Below, in pieces: positions 41,701 through 54,799 of a stretch of DNA of 64,000 nucleotides (the stretch's first letter is position 1; every line of letters starts with the position of its first letter). A program made the position numbers and the translations under genes. The stretch is taken from the NCBI RefSeq assembly GCF_009914755.1, contig NC_060932.1; one strand, 5' to 3'. The notes under the pieces were generated by a model, which saw only the letters and a list, made by a program, of their open reading frames with translations, was not told where the DNA came from and did not search any database. The DNA is from the human T2T-CHM13v2.0 reference genome, Homo sapiens.

Positions 41701-43240
41701 TACAAACTTATTCTCTCCAACCTCAGTCACACAAAAATAACCCTATGCTGGGAAAAACTACTCTAAATACATCAATATTTTAATTACAGTTTTGTCAATT
41801 CATATTTTAGCCTCTGAAAGGATTGATTCTACAACTCTGCTTTTCTTTTCAAAACTTAAACAAAATATGTTAACAGTCGACACTAGTATCTCTTACTCCA
41901 ACACCAAATTTGATTAATACAAAAACAAATAATTTTCAAGTAACAATTTTCTCCTACTGAAAATGAAAAAAAAACAGAAAAAAGCTATGTGTTTTATTTA
42001 TCACTACATTGTGAACTATCACTTTAATAATTATACATGGTGCACACATGAATACTGTCTGAGTAAAAAGATATTATTTTAATTCCCCTAACTGAATTTT
42101 AGGAGTACAAGGCAGTCTTCATGCTTCGTTTTGAAATCAACCTATTTTGAAGGCTAAGGATCATCCTTTGTGTTGTAGTAAGCAAAATAAAAAATTGGCC
42201 ACTCCAAATATGAAAATTATGGATTTGGCTCTGATGCAAAATAAAGTAAGCTTCCTATATCACCTGAAATAGTAAATCAATTTAGCCTGCTGAAAAGCAA
42301 GGCAGTGAGTTATTGAATCTGTGTTTAATTCAGTGCACTTTATAACATATTTAAGGAATTCAGTTGTATAAAACAGTATCTGAATCTTATAAGATGAAAA
42401 TATTTCTCCCTTTTAGCAAGCCTTGGGTTGCACGTTTGAGAAAACAAATTAGTCTCCAGTTCTGCTAAGCTTGATAACAGTGCCCCCTAATGGGAATTTT
42501 AGTATGAGTTTTTCTACTCTTTTGTTTGAAAAAGCATATATTCTCTAATATGATCAAATTATTTCACTTTCAACTAGAAGGTAAATTCTGTAATATAAAA
42601 GTTTATGAAGACTGAATCCACTCAAAGGAGTTACCACATGTGCAAAAACAAATTGTGAATTAAGAGAGACAAGCAATAGAAAACTTATAATAACAGTTTT
42701 CTAGGTTTTGAATCATCCACTAGCATAATCTAACACAGAACAATACAAAACATTAATCTCATAAGGAAATTATCATTCTCGTTGTTTCTAGTACTCAAGT
42801 GAGCAATTAAAAAGATACTAGAGTCAGAAAAAATTGGTTCAGAAGTTATTCTATGTTGCACAGCTCCAAAGTATAAAGCTGAGATTTCCACCCAGGTTTT
42901 TTGGCCTCATACCATTATCTTTCCACAATGCCTAGTCACAGGTCAGCAACCATGAATTACAACTTAATGTGTGTTTTCTTTTTAAATGAAAAAGGCACTA
43001 AAACTAAAGCAAAAACTACCTATTCTGATACTTCCTAGGTGTGCCAGTGAAACAAACATCCTATAGTGTATTTTCGTTTCAGTGCTCAAAATATATTCTG
43101 AGCTCCGTCAAGATTAAAGGTAACATCAAGAACAAATATCGCACAAAAAATTATCAATTTATGATGAAAGAGAGGATTTACTGCCTTATTCTTTAACTTT
43201 ACAGGAGAGGGAGAACAATAAGACATGAAGTTACATAAAT

Positions 43241-43431
43241 CACAGGTGGTCAAAATTTCTTTAAGGGTCAGACAGTAAATATTTCAGGCTTAGGACCCAT
43301 ATGGTCTCAGCCACAACTACTCAACTGTGCCACTGTAGCGGGAATGAAGCCATTAAAAAATATGTGAATGGGCATCACCGTGTCCCTACAAAACTTTATT
43401 TACAAATCAGATCATTGTTTGTCCATCTCTG
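43241..43431 (+). mobile_element. MER58A-like hAT element
   Basis: taagggtcagacagtaaatatttcaggctt...caactactcaactgtgccactgtagc...aaactttatttacaaa. Confidence 0.8.
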
Positions 43432-43809
43432 ATTTAAACCATTTATTAACATTTCACTTTTGGACAACAGATTAAAAATCTCCTCTTTACATGAGGCACC
43501 AAAACAAACAAACAAAACACCTGAAATATATACTCATTAAAATTATGAAATATTTGGTATATTACCTCCCCGAGGTGGATGGCACAAAAAAAGATCTTCC
43601 TCTGAATAACTGCTAGTTTTAGAGAGCACAAAACAATAGAAAAGCAGTAAGAAATGCAATGGGTCTTTACCATGATTTTTAAAAATCAACATACAGGACT
43701 ATTCTAATATATATCCATATAACAGAAAATTATAGTTTTTATCTAAGTTTAATAAAAATCTACTGGTGACTACATTTTAATGCCCATTAATATAGAGTAT
43801 ATGGGTTAG

Positions 43810-45515
43810 CAAGGAGGTGAAAAACCTCTACGAGGAAAACTACAAAACACTGCTCAAAGAAAACATAGACTACACAAACAAATGGAAACACATGCCATGC
43901 TCATGTATGGGTAGAATCAATATTGTGAAAATGACCATACTGCCAAAAGCAATCTACAAATTCAATGCAATCCCCATCAAAATACCACCATCATTCTTCA
44001 CAGAACTAGAAAAAACAATCCTAAAATTCATATGGAACCAAAAAAGAGCCTTCATGGCCAAAAGAAGACTAAAGCAAAAATAACAAACCTGGAGGAATCA
44101 CATTACCTGACTTCAAACTACTGTGAGGCCACAGTCACCAAAACAGTATGGTACTGGTATAAAAACATGAATATAGACCAATGGAACAGAATAGAGAACC
44201 CAGAAATAATGCCAAATACTTAGAGTTAACTGACTTCGACAAAGCCAACAAAAACACAAAGTGGGGAAATGACACCCTATTCAACAAATGGTGCTGAGAT
44301 AATTGGCAATCCACATGCAGAAGAATGAAACTGGATCCTCATCTCTCACCTTATACAAAAATCAACTCAAGATGGATCAGAGACTTAAATCTAAAACCTG
44401 AAACCATAAAAATTCTAGAAGCTAACATTGGAGAAGCCCTTCAATACAGTGGCTTAGGCATATTTCACGACAAGAACCCAAAAGAAAATGCAACAAAACC
44501 AAGATAAATTGATGGGACTTAATTAAACTAAAAAGCTTCTGCACAGCAAAAGAAATAATCAGCAGAGTAAACAGACAACCCAGAGTGGGAGAAAATCTTC
44601 ACAATCTATATAACCGACAAAGGACTAATATCCAGAATCTACAACGAACTCAAACAAGTCAGCAAGAAAAAAACAATTGCATCAAAAAGTGGGCTAAGGA
44701 CATGAAAGAGGATATACAAATGGCCAACAAACATATGAAAAAATGCTCAACATCACTAATTATCAGGGAAATGCAAATCAAAACCACAATGCAATACCAC
44801 CTTACTCCTAGCTAAAACGTCCATAATAATAAAAAAAAAATTATAGATGTTGGCCTGGATGGGGTGAAAAGAAAACACTTTTGGTGGGAATGTAAACTAG
44901 TAGAATGACTATGGAAAACAGTGTGTGGTGACTGCTTAAAGAATTAAAAGTAGATCTACCATTTGATCCAGCAATTCCATTCCTGGGTATCTACCAAGAA
45001 GAAAAGAAGTCACTATACAACAAAGATACTTGTACATGTATGTTTATAGCAGCACAATTTGCAATTGCAAAAATATGGAACCAGCCCAAATGCTCATCAA
45101 TCAATCAGTGGATAAAGAAAATGTGTTGCATATATATATATATTATGGAATATTATTCAGCCATAAAAAGTAACAAAATAATGGCATTTGCAGCAACCTG
45201 GATGGAATTAGAAATCATTATTCTAAGTGAAGTAACTCGGGAATGGAAAACCGAACATCATATGTTCTCATTCGTAAGTGGGAGTGAAGCTATGAGGATG
45301 CAAAGGCATAAGACCGATACAATGGGCTTTGAGGAATTGGAGAAAGGGTCGGGGGCGGGGTGGTTAAGGGTTGAAAGACTACACACTGCATACAGTGTAC
45401 ACTGCTCAGGTGATGGGTGAACCAAAATCTCAGAAATCACCACTAAAAAACTCATTCATGTAACCAAACACCACCTGTTCCCCAAAAACCTATTGAAATA
45501 AAATATATATATATT
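43810..45515 (+). mobile_element. 5'-truncated L1 (L1PB / old L1PA): ORF2 C-terminus plus 3'UTR, disabled
   Basis: ORF fragments [60 protein letters not shown], with stops and frameshifts; 3'UTR gctatgaggatgcaaaggcataag...cctattgaaataaaa. Confidence 0.93.
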
Positions 45516-46980
45516 AAAATTAATAATAAAACCTGCTTCCCCCAAAAAAGAAAAAGTTAGGTGTTACATTGTATTGAAAATGCTAATTGTGATAAAAACA
45601 CAAAAGAATAAAGAAAAATTACTACGGTGGGAAAGAAAATGAAGACAGAAATAATTATGTCCAGTATCTGTATATCTAGAAATACGTGAATAGTACATTC
45701 GAGGCCAGGAGGAATGAGCCTTAGTTTAATAACTGACCATTGGATCACATCACAATTCACTGTCTTTGTGAGGACAACGGATTGAGAAACAGCACTTGGC
45801 AAGTTTGTAATCTTCTCTCAAATCAGAGTTGGGTGAAATATCAACTGCATAATAATGGGCCCTTTAATTCTGAATAAAAGACAGTTACTAACTTTGCATT
45901 TTTTCAGAGCTACAGTTAGAATGGAAACTGTGGCTATCACCATCAAGCCTGTCATCTCACCAACTTCTTAGAGAAACTATGGCAAGGCTCTGGAAGACAG
46001 AAAAAGTAAATGTTTATAGGGAATGAATAATCTGAGATGAAAAAGAAAGAGTGGAAAGGATAGAAGTAGGGAAACTTAAATGGAGAGAATGTAATATGGG
46101 AAAATGTTTGAATGGAAAGCATAGTCATCCAGGAAAAAGGCCAGATAGAGGACAGCACACAAATAAAAAAGAGGGAATGTTACCATCACCAAGAACACAG
46201 TCATTCTAAAGGGTTGAGGAGTAAATGGTTGTCAGAAAATTTATGAATATTTTTAAAATTCTCATGAAAAATAAAATGGAGAGATCAATGCAAATATTTT
46301 TAAAAAAAGAATATATGGGTTAGGTGAAAGAACCTAAAATTTAAATCTATCACATGAGGTTATGAAAAACTAAAGAAGACTGTTGTCTTAGATTTTTCAC
46401 ATGTATAAGAAAAATGACAATTCCGATTAATTTCTAAAGGCAGACCAAGAAAAACTTATTTACTTGTTTTACACAAAAAGCAGATTTCAGATACGGAATA
46501 ATGACCTACACTCAACATCCTTTAACCTCTGGCATACACTTCACTAAGAGTCTAAGAGTCTATTATAGTAGAAAAACCATGGTATTTGGAATCCAGCCAG
46601 CTACCAGTTTCAGTCCCTGTATTACCAATTCCTAGTTAAATGATTTCTGATAAGTTATTTATGTCACTAAACATCAGTATCCTAATTCTGGAAAATGAGA
46701 CTGAAAAGACCTTCAACTGTGCAGATTAACAACTAATCATAGGCAATTTATATAAGTACACAGAATACAATGCCTATTTTTATTATTTAATGCTAAACTT
46801 AAGTCTCTATCTCAGGACTGTTAAAATATATTTTAATATTTACAATTGTTTGATTTAAATTTAAAATTTTTTTAAATTGAAATTTTAAAAACTTCAATTG
46901 TTGTAATGTTTTTAAATTTAAATTTTTACATTGAAAAAATATTAAATGTTTTCATTTAAATGTTTAACATGCATGTTCAT

Positions 46981-49031
46981 GCTCATTTTCTCTCTTGCCT
47001 GCCACCATCTAAGACATGTCTTTTGCCTTCTGCCATGACTGTGAAGCCTCCCCATCCACGTAGAACTGTGAATCCATTAAATCTCTTTTTCTTCAAAAAT
47101 TGCCATGTCTCAGGTATGTCTTTATCAGTGGCGTGAAAATGGACTAATACAGTAAATTGGTACCAAGAGTTGGGTGCTGCTGTAAATACCCGAAAATGTG
47201 GAAGTGACTTTGGAAGTGGATAACAGGCAGAGGCTGAAACAGTTGGGAGGGCTCAGAAGACAGAAAAACTGTAGGAAAGTTTGGAACTTCCCAGAGACTT
47301 GTTGAATGGTTTTGACCAAAATGCATAACGAAAATCCAGGCTGAGGTGATCTCAGAGGAACTTGTTGGGAACTGTAATAAAAATGACTCTTGCTATGTTT
47401 TAGCAAAGAGACTGCTAAATGATTTGTGGAACTCTGAACTTGAGAGAGATGATTTAGGGTATCTGGTGGAAAAAATTTCTAAGCAGCACAGCATTCAAGA
47501 GGTGACTTGGGTGCTGTTAAAATCATTCAGTTTTAAAAGGGAAACAGAGTATAAAAGTTTGGAAAATTTGCAGCCTAACAATGCGATAGAAAAGAAAAGC
47601 CCATTTTCTGAGGAGAAATTCAAGCAGAAATTTGCATAATGAGGAGCCAAATGTGCATCTCCAAGACAATGGGAAAAATGTCTCCAGGGCACGTCGGAGA
47701 CCTTCACAGCAGCAGCTCCCACCACAGGCCTAGAGGCCTAGGAGGAAAAAATGGTTTTGTGGGCCCTTCTGCTGTGTGTAGCCTAGGGACTTGGTGGCCT
47801 ACCTCCTAGCCACTCTAGCCATGGCTAAAAGGAGCCAAGATACAGCTTGGGCTGTGGTTTCAGAGGGCGCAAGTCCCAAGCCTTGGCAGCTTCCACGTGG
47901 TGTTGAGCCTGCTGGTGCCCAGAAGTCAAGAATTGAGGTTTGGGAACCTCCGCCTAAATTTCAGAGGATGTACGGAAATGCCTGCACATCAGGCAGAAGT
48001 TTGCTGCAGGGGCAGGGCCCTCATGTAGAACCTCTGCTAGGGCAGTGCAGAAGGGAAATGTGGGGTTGAAGCCCCCACACAGAGTCCCCACTGGGGCACT
48101 GCCTAGTGGAGCTGTGAGAAGACGGCCACCGTCCTCCAGACCCCAGAATGGTAGATCCACCAACAGCTTGCACCATGCACCTGGAAAAGCCGCAGACACT
48201 CAATGCCAGCCCATGAAAGCAGCCAGGAGGGAGGTTGTACCCTGCAATGCCACAGGGGCAGAGCTGCCCAAAGCCACAGGGACAGAGCTGCCCACTTCTT
48301 GCATTAGCTTGACCTGAATGTGAGACATGGAGTCAAAGGAGATCACTTTTGGAGTTTTAAGATCTGACTGCCCCACTGGATTTCAAGACTTGCCTGGGGC
48401 CTTCAGCCCCTTCATTTAGGCTCATTCTCCCATTTGAAATAGGTGGATTTATCCAATGCCTGTACCCCCATCATATCTAGGAAGTAACTAACTTGCTTTT
48501 GATTTTACACGATCACAGGTAGAAGGAACTTGCCTTGTTTCAGATGAGACTTTTGACTGTGGACTTTTGAGTTAATGCTGAACTGAGTTAAGACTTCGGG
48601 GCACAGTTGGGAAGGCATGATTGGTTTTGAAATGTGGGGACATGAGATTTGGGAAGAGCCAGGGTGGAATGATATGGTTTGGCTGTGTTGCCACCCAAAT
48701 CTCATCTTGAATTGTGGCTCCCATAATTCCCACATGTTGTGGGAGGGACTCAGTGGAAGATAACTGAATCACGGGAGCAGTTGCCCCCATACTGTTCTTG
48801 TGGTAATTAATAAGCCTCACGAGATCTGATGATTTTATAAGGGGAAACCCCCTTCACTTGGTTCTCATTTTCTTTCTTGCCTGCCACCAAGTAAGACGTG
48901 CCTTTCACCTTCCACCATGATTGTGAGGCCTTCCCAGCCATGTGGAACTGTGAATCCATTAAACCTTTTTCTTTGTAAGTTAGCCAGTGTGGGGTATGTC
49001 TTTATCAGCAGCATGAAAATGGACTAACACA
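46981..49031 (+). mobile_element. THE1 (THE1B/C-like) MaLR provirus: partial 5' LTR 46981-47151, internal 47152-48669, complete 3' LTR 48670-49031
   Basis: ...ggactaataca|gtaaattggtacc junction, typical THE1-int sequence, 3' LTR tgatatggtttggctgtg...ggactaacaca. Confidence 0.92.
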
Positions 49032-50324
49032 AATAACATACACTTGTGTCCTTGCTAGCTAACTTAATTTTACCAATAAAGCTGAAGTCTTCTGTGTCCC
49101 CTCTATACCTCCCCTTCCAGACGTAACTATTACCCTGAATTTGGTGTTTATTATTCTCATGCATGTTTATACTCTTACTACATATGTATGTATCTTTTAT
49201 CAGTATGTAGTATTATATTTTTTTAAATTTCACACAAATAGCAGCATGTAGTGCTTATTCTGCAGCTTGCTTTTTCTCTAACCCAAGTGAAGAAGCAGAG
49301 AAAACTGGCAGGAAAACCAAAGAATTGAGGTTTTGTTTTTCTTATCAGTTAAAGGTCCTAAATGATCATTTTTTTTAAAAAATCTACTCTCGCGAAGTCT
49401 ACCTATGTAAATCCAAACACACAGTTATTCTTCTGTTCTCAGTTTTCCAATCTGTAAAATTAGGATAATAATCTGTGCTTCTTATTCCATGTGAAACTTT
49501 TGAAATAAACATTCTTTTAAAACTTTGAAAATAAAGAGCTTGTAGAAATTTAAAAAATAAAGTACATGTTCGTGAAATAAAACATTGGTCAATTCAAGTA
49601 CTTCAAGCTCGTAAAAGAAGTTAGCTTCCAATGATCTAGAATTAGTAATATATTTTGTTTCGTTCGCCTACCATAATTGCAATGAATATTATTTCTTCAT
49701 ATTCTAAACCAAGAATATGATTTAAAAAATTAATTACCTGAGAAAACTGTGTGACAGTGTTAACTGTTCTGGAATAGATTCTACTTCCAACTGTGCCACC
49801 AACCCAGTAACCAAACAAAAAACTTAAACCTCTCAAGCTCCTCACTTGTAAACCAAAGAAACTGCATTAACAATCTCTTCTTTTCCAGACCTAAACTAGT
49901 GATTATTTAAATATAATTAAGTACCCCCACATATGTGCATGTATAGAGAAACAGAGGTATTCTAATACTGCCAAAAAGAACTACAGAGAAATCTCAACCT
50001 TAATTCTGTGGGAGGTAATTCAAATGAAATAGGGAGAGCATAGCCAGTTTAAAAAAAAAAGATGCACACTGCATAAGGGTTTAAAAAAATCCAAGTATGC
50101 TAGTGTTCAGGTGCCTAGAACAAAAGTAGCCCTGGTTAGTTTCTAGAGGAATTACTTTAATGAAAACCTGCTTTGCAGACAAACTGCAAGGTATTTCACT
50201 TTAGCAAGCATATACTTTGTGTTTATTATATGCTCAAGGTACTATGAAGGTGTGTAAGTCAAATGAAGCAAGTAACATTCTATCAAAGTTAATGTGATCA
50301 GTTAAAAGTCATATCAAAAATGAC

Positions 50325-52021
50325 AAAAAGGAAATTAAGAAAAATCCAATTTACAATAGCATCACAAAGAATAAAATACTTAGGAATACACTTAACCAAA
50401 GAGGCAAAACACTCGTAAACTGAAACTACAAAACGCTGCTAAAAGATGATGTATATAAATGGAAAGAAAAGCCATGTTCAGAGGTTAGACTTCATCTTAT
50501 TATGTTGTCAATACTACTCAAAGACAGATTCAATGCAATACCTATCAAAATCACAATGACATTTTTTGTAGAAATAGAAAAATCTATTCTAAAATTCATA
50601 TGGAATCTCAAAGGACCCTGAATAGGCAAAACAATCTCAAATGAGATGAACAAAATTTCTGACTTCAAAACCTATTACAAAGCTGGAGTAATCCAAAAAG
50701 TGTACTTCTGACATTAAGACAGACATACAGACCAGTGGAATAAAACAAAGAGCCCAGAAATAAACCCTGGCATATATGGTGTCAAGTGATCTTTAACGAG
50801 GGTGCCAAGATGGGACCCTCAATGGGAAAGGACAGTCTCTTCAACAGATGGTGCTAGGAAAACTGGATATCCACATGCCAAAGAACGAAGCTGGACCCTT
50901 ACCTTGTATACAGCACAAAGATTAATTCAAAATGGATTAAAGACCTAAACATAAGACCTGAAACTTCCTACCAAAAAACAGAGGAAAAAAGCTTCATGAC
51001 ATTGGATTTGGCACTGATATCTTCAATACAATACCAAAAGCACAGGCAACAAAAGCAAGAACAGACAAATGGGAGTATATCAAATGTAAAAACTCCTGCC
51101 CAGCAAAGGAAACAATCAACCTAGTAAAAAGGCAACTTACAAAATGGGAGAAAATACATATTGCAAACCCCATATCTGATAAGAGGTTAATATCCATAAC
51201 TCCTTCAACTCAACAGGAAAAAAAAAGCCTCCAATTTTAAAATAAGCAAAGGACTTGAATAGACATTTTTTCAAAGATATACAAATCACCAACAAGCATA
51301 TGAAAAGATGCTCAACATCAGTAATCATCAGAAGTGCAATTCAAAACCACAATGAGATGATCACCTCACATCTGTTAAAATGGCCATTATCAAACACACA
51401 GAAAATAACAAGTGTTGACAAGCATATTAAGAAATTGGAACCCTTGTGCAAGGTTGGAAATGTAAAATGGTGCAGCTGCTATTAAAAAAAACATACAGAA
51501 GTTCCTCAAAAAATTAAAAATAGAATTACCATGTAATACCACTTCTGGGTACATATCCAAAAGAAAATGGAAACAGGATTTTGAAGAGATATTTGCACAC
51601 CCATGTTCACTGCAGCATTATTCACAATAGCCAACAGGTGGGAGCAACCTAAACTTCCATCGCCAGATGGCTGGATAAGGAAAATGTGGTATATACAGAT
51701 GATGAATTATTATTCAGCCTTAAGAAAAAAGAAGAAAATCCTGTCATTGCTACAACATGGATGAACTTTTAGGACATTATGCTAAATAACATAAGTCACT
51801 CACAAAATAATAAATGCCACATGATTCCACTAACATGAGGTATCTGTAGTCAGACTCTTGGAAACACAAAGTAGAATGGTGGTTGCGGGGATGAAAGAGG
51901 TGGAAAAAGGGATTGTTCGATGGATACAGAGTTTGAGCTTTGCAAGATGAAATAGTTCTAGAAACCTACTGCACAATATGCATACACTTAACACTACTGT
52001 AATGTATACTTAAAATTTTTA
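50325..52021 (+). mobile_element. 5'-truncated old L1 (L1MA/L1MB), disabled ORF2 end plus 3'UTR
   Basis: atttacaatagcatc...aataaaatacttaggaata...NRHFFKDIQITNKHMKRCSTS fragment...caataaaa. Confidence 0.9.
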
Positions 52022-52636
52022 TGTGCTTTTTACAATAAAAAGTTACACAGAAAATGAAACCAGGGATTTCAAACAAGTGAGAAGTTATTTTCAACTTGAT
52101 TTTTAAAAAATCTTCTAGATGCTGATTTTAGCCTTTGATGTGAGCTTTTAACTACTCTCAGCCTTTGCTAACAAAGGAACTACACCTATAGTACAAAAAT
52201 AAAATTTCTGAAATGCTTGAGGAGTATCTTCTTTCTGAAGCAGAAAATTGAACTCCATCTCTTTCTAAACACTGACTTATTCAAAAGAGGATAGAAGGGA
52301 ATGGATAACAGACACATAAGGATGATCTTTGTCCCTCAAAACTTTATTTAGCAAGCTGATTTCATGTTGACAAAGTCAACATCAGCACAGTTCCTATCCA
52401 ATCTATGACAAATCAGAATCACAAATTCCAAATAAGTAAAGGCCAAACTAATGATGTCTATAGTATAAACCCTCATTTCCCAGAATTTATATAATTTTCC
52501 CAAAGTATCAGACATCAAGTGAAGTAGGCTAGCCTGACAGATTCCCAATTCACACATTATCAAAAGTTATGGTGAGACCTGTGTCAATATCCATTTGTAT
52601 GCACTGCAAAGACACACTTGTGATGAACACCCTTAC

Positions 52637-52793
52637 CTTCATCAAAGTCAGCATCATCCTCTGTGTGCTGAGGGAAAGGAAAGCAGTTGGTAATTTCAAG
52701 CCGATCTTCTACAACCAGACCCAAAAGCACTCCTTGAACAACTTCAGTTCCTTGTCCTTCTTCTTGATAATGTTTGATTATCTTTAATACCAC
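52637..52793 (-). CDS. EIF3H: EIF3H coding exon (canonical exon 2, 157 bp; eIF3 subunit H, start of MPN domain)
   Basis: Minus-strand translation [52 protein letters not shown] matches human eIF3h from about residue 45. Acceptor ...gttttag|GTG (AG at 52795-52794) and donor GAAG|gtaagg (GT at 52636-52635); phase 0 in, phase 1 out. Confidence 0.98.
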
Positions 52794-53748
52794 CTAAAAC
52801 ATACACACACAGAAGGGAGCTTAACAACCATCCTAGTTTATTATTTCCTTTATTTCTAAGAAAAAACAAAAGAAACTGTACTAGGTTTGCAAAACCACAA
52901 ATTAAATAAGAGGAATAAATAAATGTCTTACAAATCCTTTCCTTTACCCTTACATAAATAATAAAGCTCACATAATCTAAACGCAGATCTGAAACTCCAG
53001 GAGTTTGATTACATGTCAAAAACGTCCATCTACAGCAGTTATGCTCTTAAATCAAAGCTTCCCCATGGTCTGGCATCCAGGAGTTCCTTCAGCCAAATCA
53101 AAGAATACCCCCTCAACCTGAGGCTATTATTGAGAAAGTGATCCTGTTAATAGACACATAAATGACAAAACTATCAATAAGACACAGAGATAAAGGTCTC
53201 AATTATCGGGACACCTGAAAGCAGAGCCTTCTGATAAATTCTCATTTTGCCTTTCTCAACAGATCATCTCCATAGTCAGAGGATGCAACAACGGGAACAC
53301 GTACCCACACATATCCAACAACAATCTGGTTGGTATAGTCTCCAGCATGATCTAGTTTTCCTCAACCAGAAGGATTCACTAAGCAACCTCTAATGGAATA
53401 ACCAGGTCTTCTACTACTCTCTCCTTTAATATTCCCATAAAGATAAGAGGTAACACCGTGCACAGGTGGACAAGAAATTAAAGTCTGCAATAATCATAAT
53501 CATTAATAATTCCTACAACATGGCGTTAATATATGTAAAGTGTTTTATAGTGCCTGGCACATATTAATAATAATAGCATTAATATTTAATATGAGCCCAT
53601 GGCCTGAAGACCCAAAAGGCAACACATTCAAAATTGTAATGTAAAGTTCTCAGAGGAAAAATAATTCTAACAAGAAAATGACAATTTATTTGTACGTTAT
53701 TAGTGTTTCATTTAAAACAAATATATTATTGTTAGAAACGAAGTAATG

Positions 53749-54783
53749 GGTGGGCCAGGCACACACAGGGTGAGCAGCTACTTCTGTGTGCAGCCTGAGC
53801 CCACAGGTCAGCTCAGCCACACGGATGGTGAAGAAACAGCCTAAGAGAGAATCAATGCGGTTGTCAGCTAAACCTGCTCCCGCCAAAGTGGAAACGAAGC
53901 TAAAAAAAGGCAGCAGGAAAGGATAAATCTTCAGACAAAAAAGTGCAAACAAAGGGAAAAAGGGAGCAAAGGGAAAACAGGCCAAAGTGGCTAACCAGGA
54001 AACTAAAGAAATTTACCTGCACAAAACGAAGAAACTAAAACTGAGAAGAGTCCAGCCTCTGATGACGCCAGAGATAAAGAAGCCAAGTTTGACTGATATC
54101 ATAACACACTGTATCTTATCAGTGGTCCCTATTTCCCATCTTGTACAACCCAGAGGAATACTGTTACCAACTATTTTGTAAACACAGGTTTGTGTGAGAT
54201 ACTGAATTATGGGAGGGTTTGACTGTCCTGAGTGTCAGCTTAACATTCCATAGTTGGGGGGTTAGTTTTTATATCCTGTAATACAAAGCATACTAAATGG
54301 CAATATGGAGTTGCAGTCCTGCATTTAATGTCTTGAACATTTTAAATTACTTTCATTCCCACATTATTTTTTAGTAGAATTGTTTCCTAAAGAAAAACAC
54401 TCTTTGATCATGGCTCTCCCTGTCATAATTCTGTGCACTGTAACATCTTTGGTCGTGGTAGTCCTGCTTTTCTAATGAACTTTGTTAATGTGCTGTGGAA
54501 GATTGAAAATTTGAGTATGTAGTCTATATGGTATTATACTGTGAATTGGTGAGATCTATGTAACAGCTTACTAACATGTGAAGATACTGGTACTTGATAG
54601 CCTCTTATGGAAAATTTGCTTCCCAATTTTAAGCTGGAAAGTCACTGAAATAACTTTTTAAAAATTACAACACATGGCTTTTTAGATTTTCAGTATATAT
54701 GTTAAGAATTGTGTACAAATTGAAATGTCTGTGTACTGATCATCAACACGACCAATAAACCAATTATGAAAGAAAAAAAGAAA
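53749..54783 (+). pseudogene. HMGN1 (HMG-14) processed pseudogene, antisense to EIF3H
   Basis: From 53807: VSSA..PKRESMRLSAKPAPAKVETKLKK/AAGKDKSSDKKVQTKGKRGAKGKQAKVANQETKE...SPASD..KEAKFD* (TGA at 54094-54096), intronless with frameshifts; ~660-bp 3'UTR, AATAAA at 54754-54759, A-rich remnant, degenerate TSD aaacgaagtaatg/aaagaaactaatg. Confidence 0.93.
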
Positions 54784-54799
54784 CTAATGACCAGTTAAT

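Noticed and set aside
43817-45420. ORFs similar to a reverse-transcriptase protein C-terminus
   Set aside because: They are fragmented L1 ORF2 with stops and frameshifts, 5'-truncated and inactive.
49731-49750. Recursive-splice-like motif ttttctcag|gtaatt on the minus strand
   Set aside because: Short pyrimidine tract, weak donor, only about 3 kb from the real donor; expected by chance.
52584-52636. ORF extension [17 protein letters not shown] after the EIF3H exon
   Set aside because: It is read-through past a consensus GTAAGG donor into the intron.
53987-54181. 64-aa ORF within the HMGN1 retrocopy as a possible retrogene
   Set aside because: Non-ATG start, frameshifted relative to HMGN1, and the RRSARLS core is mutated to RESMRLS.
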